Assembly (NCBI GenBank): GCA_002269645.1
Contig: NIVC01001600.1
Coordinates: 1-64,000, forward strand
Origin: Macrostomum lignano
Taxonomy: Eukaryota
Direction of reading: 5' to 3'
DNA length: 64,000 nucleotides
Within the stretch, counting starts at the first letter, position 1; each line of letters starts with the position of its first letter. This document shows, piece by piece, positions 23,725 to 33,927 of the stretch. The notes beneath the pieces were generated by a model that was not told the DNA's origin, ran no database searches, and saw only the letters and a list, made by a program, of their open reading frames with translations. Position numbers and translations under genes: made by a program.

Positions 23725-25978
23725 TTGTGGTGATCCAGCATAGCTAGCATAGGCTGCTCCTGGGATCCCCTCTTAGTCAGTTAGTGCTTGGGCTGCAGCA
23801 GTGGGAGCTGGGCATAGGGCTGTCCCTTCCTCCTCTTCCCTTGTGCAGGCTCAGGAGTGCAGCTGTCGCGGGACAGGGAGAGAAACTCTCTCCCCCTCTC
23901 CCCCTGGCGCAGTCTGCAATGGGCTAAAAATAGAAACATTAGTCAGTGGGATATTTCTCCCTTAGTACAGGCTTATTTAGTCAGCGGGAGTGAGAGCATA
24001 GCTCTCCGCCCGGGGTAGGCTCTCGTGGGGTCTTGGTTGCACTCCTTGCATGCGGCAACATGCAAGCAGTGTACCAGCAGGCCGTGCGGAGGCTGCATGA
24101 TGAGGCAGATGTCTTATGGGCATCTCCAAGATCGTTCCTGGCTCCGGGTAGTCCACGGAACTGCCATGGGATCTGCCACGGAACTGCCTCTGAGCTTCCC
24201 ATTGGCCCTGAGACCCCCGAATTTTAGTATAAATACAGAATAGGTGAAGGCCCAAAGAGACCATCCTCGTTCAGGAGACGATCTTCGTCCGCTTCGGAGA
24301 CCGCCTGCTTGGTTTCGAGCAAAGGCTAGATTCCTAGATGCTTTTCCTAGACGAACTAGCTTAGGCAGATCGCTAGACGTTTTTCCTAGGGATAACCTGC
24401 TAACAAACCTTTGTTGCAGCTGCCATTTGCTCAATAAGACTGCCGCAGGTCCTTGTGTCATCAGCCCGCCAGACCTTCAACACCGTCTGGACCTGGTCTC
24501 GTGGCCTACAACCTACACTGTTGGGCAACATCAATTGACGCACAGTACAGCTTAGGGCGTTTACTGCGACACCAGTGGAGTTATTAAACGATAATTTAGG
24601 ATCGGCCTGTGACCGTCATTCACATTAATAAACGTTTATCTGACTTGTGTTGTCTTATTTATTTTCTACTTATCAGTAGGCCTACCTAGGGATAACCTGT
24701 CGAGGATATCACTTGTAGACCTACAAGGTGGCAGCAACCCAACTACCAATACTCGGTTATTAACTAATTGTACTCTGTAGAGACTAAGAGGGGTTAATTC
24801 GGACCATAGTGCTAGACCACTCAGGCCAGCTACCGGCCGTGCTAGATAGCGAGGACAGACAGAGAAAGTAATAGGCAACAGCAGTAGTCACCAAGAGACG
24901 GGGATCCCCAAGGCCATTACATTGGTTACATTGGTGGGATCCACAAGGCAAAGAGCACAGCATTACACTGGTGGCAGCGGTGGGATATCAAGACCTACCC
25001 GACCACCCAGGGAAGTCCTTGTTCCATCTCGGCGAAAAAAGCAACGGCATTACATACTAAAAAGCCTAACTTGCGAGCCTCAGCTGGACCTGCCAACAAC
25101 AGAGCAACACCGGCCAAAAGGACATCTTTGCCTTGGTTTTGTCTCGCATAGAGACGACTAATCGCAGTCACTCCTGTGAAACTTGTCCCTGCCTGGCTGA
25201 AAGCTTGTAATGAGTGAGTAGGCTGGGTTGGAGGGTAATAGTGGATCGGGAAGGGCTGTGGGTAGCTGTATAGGAAGGCAGGCCTATACCTGTACCAAGG
25301 TGCTCTGACGGTATCCCTCAGGCGCCCTCTGAGCGTACAGCCAGCGACCCTATTAAAGCTGGAGTGTGCCAGAACCAGGACTGAGTCTGAGCAGGACGAG
25401 ACCGTTGGCACGGTCACTATAGAAATGGCGGGTTGGCGAAGCAAAGGGTGAAATAGTCCCGGCGAATAGCCCTCCTGCCGCTTCAAAGATAAGAGACTGT
25501 CTGGCAAGAGTACCCGGGGTTTAGTTGGGGGGAGGCTCCTTCGGGTTGCCACGGCCGTGGGGGCGGTCAATTGACCGGTTTTTGGCTTATCTAACCCTGG
25601 AGAAGGCACGGGCTTCCCTTATTGGTTCACTCAACCCCCTCTGGCCCCGGGGAGGTTTATGAATTGTACCCGGGGGTGGTGGGCGGTCGGCCCCAGCATG
25701 GTTGCCACGGCTCTAGGCCTTCGGGCCATCCCTAATAGGCTAAGGGGTCTATCTAACCTGGTTTTTGGGCACGGGCTCCTGACTGGTTCGTCGAACCGCT
25801 GTCACTGTCCCCCGGGGAGGTTTGGTTTTTATGATTCTGCCCTGTACAGTCCTCTATAGTCTAACTTGGCTTTTAGTGTACATAAGTACTCTCCCAATCT
25901 GGAACTCAAATATTTCTCTAGTGGCGTAAGAGCCTGCTCAATGGCTGAGGCGCCGTATTACTTATCTTAGTTAGTTAG
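23725..25978 (+). mobile_element. LTR-retrotransposon 5' fragment (LTR, PBS, untranslated leader; no gag/pol)
   Basis: TATAAAT near 24228, AATAAA near 24627, ...ATTACA-C-PBS at 24961-24986, then a GC-rich leader with internal repeats. Boundaries approximate. Confidence 0.6.
24969..24986 (+). promoter_or_regulatory. Primer binding site complementary to tRNA-Leu (AAG/UAG type) 3' end incl. CCA
   Basis: TGGTGGCAGCGGTGGGAT is the 18-nt reverse complement of AUCCCACCGCUGCCACCA, 1 nt after ...TACA. Confidence 0.85.
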
Positions 25979-26259
25979 TAAGGACATCTTTGCCTGATGT
26001 CTCTCCAGGATCAGCAGATGGCGGCTCTGCCTGCAGCCAGCCTCTGGCAGCGTGTTCTGACCTGAAATATGACATAAACAACTTGGCACTTTTAAGCATT
26101 CCCAAGCCAAACAGGACTAATGAAAAAACTGTAACTCTACTGCAAAACTGCAACATCACTTATGCGCCGAACGCGTTAAAAAGCTCAGAAACCACTCTCT
26201 TCAACATAATAATGAAAGACATCGCTCCAAGTGCCTACCACCACCACTCAAACGGAAAA

Positions 26260-26682
26260 CCGGAGGCCCGTCAGATCGCCTGGTTTGGGCCCAGTTACAC
26301 CTACGGTGGATCAAAAATCGAGGCCAATGACAACTGGCATGCTGCAATAGTCCGACTAGTCACGTGGCTCCACCTCGAATACAAACTGCCACTGTTCAAT
26401 TCCTGCCTAGTTAATTTTTATAAAGACGGCAACATCGGTATTCCATGGCACTCTGACGATGAAAAGGAACTTGGAGAGGATCCGATCATCGCCTCAGTGT
26501 CACTCGGAGCCGCCCGAGACTTTTAAGTTCGCTCAAAATCTTCTCCAACGAACATAGTATTTTCGCAAAAGCTAAGCAGCGGCAGCCTCTTAATAATGAG
26601 CGGTGGTACTCAGCGTTATCTACAACATACCGTACCAAAAGATCCTAGATGCAAGGAAATGCGAATTAACCTAACATTCCGA
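26260..26682 (+). CDS. AlkB (ALKBH2/3-like) domain, copy 2 (single nonsense codon)
   Basis: PEARQIAWFGPSYTYGG, NSCLVNFYKDG, WHSDDE, QHTVP, RINLTFR. Confidence 0.93.
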
Positions 26683-28270
26683 TTAACTAAAGACGACAGA
26701 ATCTCCGCCGTGGACACTCTGACGCCTAATCCGTGCGTCAGGTTCACTTCTGTTTCTGTTTCTGTTTCATGTGACCTGGACGACGAGGAATCCATCAGGC
26801 GCAAGGCAGAAGAGGAGGCCGCCAACTTAGAAAAAATTAAGCTAAATTCTACAAACAAGGACTTCAAAGCAAAATCAGGCAACAAAGTGGCAGACGCCTC
26901 CGAAGCACAGGCAGTCACAGCCCAAGCGAATCCTCAAGCATCAAGCAATCAAACCAAGGCATCAAGCAATCAAAACCTAGCAACACAGCAATCAAGCATT
27001 CAAGACACAGCTACTAAGCAAACTAATAACCAAGGCACTGAACAACAACCAAGCAACCAAAGCACCCAGCAACAAACAGGAAAAAGTAAACCGGCAGCCA
27101 GTATAGCTGACCAGGCAACCAACAACAACAAAGCTAACCAAGAAGAAAAAGAAAAAAAACGTAGACCGGCGGCCAGTACAGCCGACCAGGATCAGAACAG
27201 CAGTCAATCCAACTACAAGAAAATCACTCCTGTGATCTTTGAAACCGCACCCGAGGCTAAAGATCCAATTAAATTTGAATGGTTCTTGAAACAGAACTTC
27301 AAAAACACCAGGATCCAATCAGTTAAAGACCTGTACCATGGCGTTGGCTTCTGTGTATTCGCAATGGACGAAAAAGGCTTGAATGCTCTGCTCACAACAC
27401 CAATGGTTGAAACTGAGATCAACGGACAGACCGTCACCCGCAGACTGCCTAGAAAAAGGCCAATTAGACAAGGCGATGACGAAAACCGACCACCACTCAA
27501 ATCGCCACAAATATTATCCTTCATCGTAAAGAACGTGCCATTGGCAGTTGACGCATCTGAACTACCCAAGCATCTTCAAGATTCTATCAATCAGCTACCA
27601 ATCGACGGCGCCACTAGAATTATATCCAAACAAACCGGACGACCAACTCCACTAATTAGATTATTTACAAGAAGCAAGCCAACCCTAGAAAGATGCCTAG
27701 ACAAAGGGATATACCTGGGACATGTACTGTACAAGTGCGCGCCGTCACTCACAGCGCCATCAGTCCAAGAGGTGCGCTGCACGCGCTGCCAGGGCTTTGG
27801 TCATCAGCAATACCGGTGCACCAACAATCCAGTCTGCAACAAATGTGCTGATGAACACCACTCTGCAGAATGTCCTAAAATAAAAGAATTAAAATGTGCC
27901 AACTGCGGTGGAGAGCACACGTCGTATTCTCACAAATGCCCAGTAGCTATTAGGGCACATCGCCTGGCAACTGAAAGGGAGCGCGAGAGGGTGCACAGTC
28001 TACGACAACAGTATGACTATGACTGCTATCAGCAAAACTTACCAGAAGCCTTTCCGAGGCCGCAACAGTTCTCCTACTCTGCAGCAGCAAGTCGATCAGC
28101 TGTGACAAGCCAACTGCCTCCAAAGTACAACGCGTGCCCGGCTGGTCCCCCTGCAGCGGTCTCGGCGATGGCCTCTGCAGCGGTTGACCCGGCAACCGAG
28201 TCTGCATCCCACCCCGCGGCGGTCCAGGCGATGGCCTCCGCGGAGGTCGTCCCGGTACTGGCCCCTGCAG

Positions 28271-30565
28271 GGTAGTAAAAATTAGGTTTTAACTTATTTT
28301 TTGAGAAACAACTTTAAAATTTAATTAATTCATTTTCGATCTGATTTCTTTAATTTAAGATTAATTCTCATTCTGCCTACTTTTCGTTAAATAGTTAGTT
28401 ACAGGTTTTTCGCTATTCTTTACTCTTTATATTTAAAAATTTAACTCGATTACAATTTTGCCGGGTTTCTTTCACTTTCTTTTCTTTCAATCGAGACAGT
28501 GCGTGTGAGGCTTGTGGACGTATTTAACTGCTCTGACAACTGCTTTGAAGTGCCACTATCTACCACTTCATTTGAACTGCTCCATTTATTAACTGTTTTA
28601 CATTTTTTATTGAACTGCCCTAGTTTTACAAGTTCTGCATTCCGTTTTAAATTGCTGAACTGACTCCTAGTTTTACTTTGACTCTTTACCTCTAATAGCA
28701 TTATATTAATTAGTAAACTTACTCAGCATTGTCATGAGCACAATTAAAGAAGAAATGGAAGTCACTGACAACGGAAAGAGGCCAGCTCGAGACACTTCGT
28801 CGCCGGTTGTCGCTTCAAACAAAAAACCAATACTCGAGCCTCAGCAGGACCTGAAGACCATCCTGAAGAACATCCTTGCCTGAATCCTCTCCAAGGTCTG
28901 CAGATGGCCGCTCTGCTGGCAAGCAGCCTCAAACAGCGTATCCTGACCTGAAATATGATGCGACTGACATGGCACTCCTTAGCATTCCTAGGCCAAACAG
29001 AAGCAACGAGAAAACAGTTAACTTACTGCAAAATTGCAACATATTATTCAATTGCAACATACCTATGCACCCAATGCTCTAAACGGCTCCGAGACAGCTC
29101 TCTACAAGGCAATAATGAAAGGCATTGCACCTAGCGCATTCCACCACTGCACTAACGGAAAACCTGAGGCCCGTCAAATCGCATGGTTCGGGCCCAGTTA
29201 CTCCTACGGAGGTACTAGAATCGAAGCTAATGACAACTGGCACCCAATCATAGCTCGTCTTGTGACTTGGCTGCATTTAGAATTCAGGCTGCCACTTTTC
29301 AACTCATGTTTAATAAACTTTTACAAGGACGGCACTATTGGAATACCTTGGCATTCTGACGATGAAACAGAGCTCGGCGAAGACCCGGTAATTGCCTCTC
29401 TATCTCTAGGAGCCGCTCGTGACTTCCAGGTTCGCTCCAAATCATCACCGGCGAACATCATGTACTCACAAAAGCTTGGCAATGGCAACCTCCTGGTAAT
29501 AAGTGGTGCCACCCAGCGCCTTCTGCAGCACTCAGTGCCAAGGGATCCAAAGTGCAAAGAGATGAGGATAAATCTTACGTTCCGCCATACCAAGGACAAT
29601 AGAATTCCTGCCGCTGACGACGCTCTGCCGCCCAACCCGTGCGTCAGGTTCACTCAAAACGCGATATCCATCACTTGTGACCTAGACGATGAGGACTGTC
29701 AAACGCAGGGCAGAAGAGGAGGCAGTCAATCTGGAGAGAGTCAGGCAAAACTCTGCAAGCAAAAGCAACCAGGACCAAGTGGATAGGAAGTCACGCAGTC
29801 AAGATCAAACAGCAAAGCAACCAGGCAAACAGGACATCAAGCAACAGCCAAGCAATCAGGACACGAGGCACCAACTAGATCTGCAGCCAACAGGCAACAT
29901 GAGCAACCAGCAACAAAGTCAAAATCAGCAATGTGGGCCGGCGGCCAGTGCGGCCAGCCAGGCTAAAAAAGAAAATACCAGTAAACCGGCGGCCAGTACA
30001 GCCGACCAGGCAGAAGTAAAAACCAGTAAACCGGCGGTCAGTATAGCCGACCAGGATACTAACTCTGAAAACAATAGACCGGTGGCAAGTACAGCCGACC
30101 AGGACACCTCAAATCAGCCAAGCAATCAACACACTGAATCAACTCAACAGAAGAATCACAGGAAAAAAGCACCAGTGGTCTTTGAAGTGCCTCCTGAGGC
30201 AAAGGATCCAATAAAATTCGAATGGTTCCTCAAGAAGAATTTCCCAGAGGTGAGGATTCAATCTGTCAAAGACTTATACCACGGAGTCGGCTACTGCGTC
30301 TTTGCCACCAATGAGCAAGACATGAACACTCTACTAACGAGACCACTCAAAGAGCAAGAAATTAACTGTCAAACAGTCACGCGCAGACTTCCGAGAAAAA
30401 GGCCAGTCCATCAGGGTGACGACAACACCAACCGAAACCCATTGAAGACTCCAGCAATTCATACCTTCATAGTCAAAAATGTGCCTCTAGCTGTGGATGT
30501 GGCTGAAATTCCGAAATGTTTGCAAGACTCCGAAGATCAGCTTCCCATAGATGGCGCAACACTAG
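28271..30565 (+). mobile_element. AlkB-bearing LINE copy 3 (partial 5' UTR + 3'-truncated ORF1), fused head-to-tail to copy 2
   Basis: UTR homologous to 23180-23638; ORF1 start MSTIKEEMEVTDNGKRPARDTSSP at 28734; frameshifts near 29045 and 29695; truncated after LPIDGAT. Confidence 0.88.
29163..29585 (+). CDS. AlkB (ALKBH2/3-like) domain, copy 3, uninterrupted
   Basis: PEARQIAWFGPSYSYGG, NSCLINFYKDG, WHSDDE, QHSVP, RINLTFR. Confidence 0.93.
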
Positions 30566-31079
30566 GTCTTACAATCCTTCTTCCAAGGCTATAAGCTTTG
30601 GCTTTGAACCATAGAATTTTTAACTCCGAGCTTTATTTTATAAATAACTAGTGCTTAAATTATGAGTGGTATTTTATTTGGTTTCTTTCATTCTGTATCT
30701 TTTTACGCCTAAAATGAAAAATACTTGTGAGGACATACTTACCAGTGTTCTTCTCTTTAAGTTGGCAGCCCAGACAGTATCACGTGGGCCTTCGCCCCTT
30801 CTGGTACGAACCGGTAGCCCATTGACAGGCAAGCGCTCAGGATCTCATTCCATTTATTCTGTTTCATTTTGTCAGTCAGCGAGGGACTGAATTTTCCAAA
30901 AAGGATATTCTTGTTTTCCTCAATTTTTCTAGAAGAAATAGTTTGTACAGAGAGAAGCTGTATATTTCATGTCAAATCAGAATTTGACAAACAAACGAGC
31001 AACATATGTGAGTAATAACGTTTACTTTTGAAATTAACAAAATTCAACAAAAAATTCCCTTCAAGGTAAAGAGAGATAG

Positions 31080-31557
31080 AAAAACAAGACAGGCAGCGAA
31101 GGCGGGCGAGAGATGGTGTACACCCAAGTCGAACAGAAGGTGCTGGAGATTCTCGGTGAGAAATCAGCCCAAGTTGTCGGATTACCCTTTCCAGAGTCGA
31201 GCGGGCAGTTCGTTGAGTCTGTAGCCGATCTTTACTACGACGCCCCCGAAGAGATGGTTAGGCACAATACTCCCGACAAGCAAGGACCAGAATCCAGCAG
31301 TTGTGCAGCGCTGTCACCATCCGAAAGGCTCTGCCTGATAATCGAGAGTCGGAATCCAGTCGTAGTGCAGCAGCTACTATCGAAAGAAAGTCTCGACCGA
31401 AGCAACTAGCAAAGCGGGAACTACTAAGGACGCTGTACGAGTGTGTGTGACCTACGAAAGCATCGTTTCAACAGGATGTGGAGATTGGGGAGCTGAAGAA
31501 AAAGAAATTGGAACTTGAAATAAAACTGCTGGAACGGGAACCAAACAAATGTGCGTG
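31080..31557 (+). pseudogene. Harbinger Myb/SANT-like accessory gene, C-terminal part
   Basis: YTQVEQKVLEILGEKSAQVVGL (typical post-SANT segment) and terminal ELKKKKLELEIKLLE coiled coil. Confidence 0.55.
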
Positions 31558-31681
31558 AACGAGATATTTTGAAATTATGTGACACGTTCGTGAAAGAAGC
31601 ATCAAAAACCTAAATTGACATATTTTACTAACTTAAACGGTTTATCCGTTTGTTGTTGTTTGATTGTTCGTATTCAAATCC

Positions 31682-32703
31682 TTAGGCATTAGCTGCAGAA
31701 ATAAAGTTCAGGAGTCGACTGCGTGGATCGTTGCCTTGCAATGGATCGCCCTCATTGGCGATTGGTTCGTACATAAATTCTTCCGTGGGTTGCAATTCTT
31801 CATGCCGATTGTTAGAGGCCACAATGTAATTCTGCAGTAGTGTACAGCACTTAATGATCTCACATGCGTAGACAGGGTCAACTCGCAACTGTGTAGATAG
31901 GCAGGCAAAGCGCTGCTTTAGAACGCCTAAGTAGCACTCGACTAGTCGTCTCGTTTTTGCATGAACAATGTTAAACTGATTCTACGATTGGGGTGATAAG
32001 CCACTGCTTTAGACTGTATCCGCTATCTCCCAATATTAATGCATTGGGAAATGGTCTCCAGCCTCCTTCAAAGGCGTCGCTCATCGTGCTGTTGTTCAAT
32101 ACACGTTTGTCATTGAGTCTCCCAGGCCAACGCGTAGACACAAAATGCCTGAAGCTGAGGGCCAGCCACTACCATGCAATTTATAGAGTGGTTACCGTGT
32201 CTGTCAACGAACTGATCTTCATCAGTAACCGGAGCTCGGATCTTGATCAGCGTACCATCGACACAGTCAGCAACGCATGGCATGCCACCGACTCTGTAGA
32301 AATCTTGTGCTATCTGTGCTCGCTTCTGATTGCATTCCGGCCAACGGACCAGCTCGTCGAATAGTCTGTTATTCAATGCAGTAACGACGCGCCGGACAGT
32401 ACGACATAGGGTGGCCTTTGAGACGCCATGCGCGTCTCCAACAGCATGATAGAAACTTCCGCATGCGAGGAATCGGAGCGTACTCAGTAATTGCTCTCGT
32501 ACAGTCAACGATCCTTGTCGGACAGTTGCGTGGGTCAAGGCAGGTCCAATAATTTCCAACAAATCTTCAACTTGATCAGATGAAAGCCGGAATTTCTCCA
32601 CGAAATCTATGCAATGGGGCTGAAAGTTGATTCGTTCTTTGAAGATCCGCACTGCATAAGCTTCATTGAGAAGAGCATCTTCTTCTTCACTGTCGCTAAA
32701 CAT
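31682..32703 (-). pseudogene. Harbinger (HARBI1-like) DDE transposase, frameshifted
   Basis: EKFRLS, LRFLACGSFY..VGDAHGVSKAT, CVDGTLIKI, HSINCMVV, LGDSGY, RRLVECYLGVLKQRF. Confidence 0.9.
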
Positions 32704-33152
32704 GCTTTATCCAAGTATTCTATCCTATATAAGTTCTAGTTCATCCAAGTAGACTGTTGACAAGAGCTTAGGCCACTTGTAGACTTGTCATTGACAAGTG
32801 GGACCCTTCGATAGTGCTCAAGCTAAATCTGTGTTATCTATGGCCAAAATAATGGCAAAAACGGCTTGACAAATTGTCACTTATCACTTGTAACTTGTTA
32901 AATTGTCATCCCTCCTCATGAAACGCTATAATTGTGAAATTTTACACTTGTCCCTTGTAAATTGTCAACTTGTCACTTGTACTTGCTTCATGAAATCGGC
33001 CCCTGATAAAGAGAGTATAAAGAGAGCTGTTTTAAAGAGAGCTGATAGTATGTCCCTTGCATTGAAATGTCTATGGCCCTTCCTACGTTTTTGAGTGTCG
33101 TAGAATGACTGCGAAATATTTTGTGCGAAAGCTTTAACCCTCAACAAACAGC

Positions 33153-33575
33153 GTGATAATGCCATCAATCAATGTAAACTGCGTCATCTGCGATGCGGAA
33201 ATGCGTAAAGACAACCTGGCACGCCATGCTAGAAGTCAACAACCAGATCATCGCGTCGAAGATATCTTATGGTTTGCGACCTTCGAGCGATCAGTTAATT
33301 CTGGTCACCACATGTGCTGTGTGTGTAGAGAGGCGTGCGTGCAGCTCCGCTCGCACTACAGAAGCCACCACCCGGAGCTCAATGAGCATAAGGGAAAGCC
33401 CATAAAGGGCGAGGATCATCAAGTGCAGGCACGTGAGTACGCACGAGCCTATCTAGCTGTGGCCCGCACAAAGATTATTAATGGCCGACCACTGCCACCG
33501 CATCTTGATCGTGGCACCAAGCCAAGACCCAGCAGCAGCAGCAGCAGGCGCTACAACCGGCCGAAACAGCAACAG
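33153..33575 (+). CDS. Zinc-finger-like ORF of unknown origin
   Basis: CVIC..LARHARSQ and CCVCREAC..LRSHYRSHHP resemble two C2H2-type fingers. Confidence 0.4.
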
Positions 33576-33830
33576 GCCCAGTCTACCGTGTTGTGCTGCA
33601 GCCAAGAGACACATTGCTTAAGCCAGCAGGGTGGATCCATGCAGTCTACACCCCCGAGGACTCAGTGGCATTTGGCGGCAACTTCCTAAGCGTCTATGGC
33701 TCGATTACGCACATTGCCGTGACTCAATCAAAGAAGAGGATCAAAGTCGCAGAGCAGTTTCGATTTCCGAATTTAAAATTTATCCTATGGCACTTTTCTG
33801 ATTGGCTTATTAATACTGAAAATTTAGAAA
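33576..33830 (+). pseudogene. JmjC histone-demethylase C-terminal fragment (KDM2/KDM7-PHF8 type)
   Basis: VYRVVLQPRDTLLKPAGWIHAVYTPEDSVAFGGNFL..FRFPN..ILW matches the JHDM1-family JmjC C-terminus; the HxD half is absent. Confidence 0.8.
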
Positions 33831-33891
33831 AAATGAAACTTACTTTTATTCGATTTCGAATCATTAGCAGGAAACCTATCGAAATGGAGGA

Positions 33892-33927
33892 TTAGGGTTA
33901 GGGTTAGGGTTAGGGTTAGGGTTAGGG
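33892..33927 (+). repeat. Interstitial telomeric repeat (TTAGGG)6
   Basis: Six perfect units. Confidence 0.95.

Larger units (their letters stand above)
22700..28270 (+). mobile_element. AlkB-bearing LINE copy 2 (5' UTR + ORF1, no ORF2)
   Basis: 5' motif 22729-22761 shared with copy 1; AT-rich UTR homologous to 28271-28733; ORF1 start MSTIKETDITDNGKRPARDTSSP at 23639. Confidence 0.85.
23639..28270 (+). pseudogene. LINE ORF1 copy 2: AlkB + linker + RRM-like + 3xCCHC; LTR-fragment insertion ~23725-25978 and one in-frame TAA (26524-26526)
   Basis: ORFs 25990-26526 and 26596-28275 are in the same frame; AlkB 26260-26682; CTRCQGFGHQQYRC, CNKCADEHHSAEC, CANCGGEHTSYSHKC. Confidence 0.92.
30566..33003. 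mobile_element. PIF/Harbinger DNA transposon (two convergent genes; right TIR present, left end not found)
   Basis: Right end CTTCATGAAATCGGCCCC followed by TGA (Harbinger-type TIR, TNA site); CTTGTCA/TGACAAG subterminal repeats 32750-32985. Confidence 0.75.
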
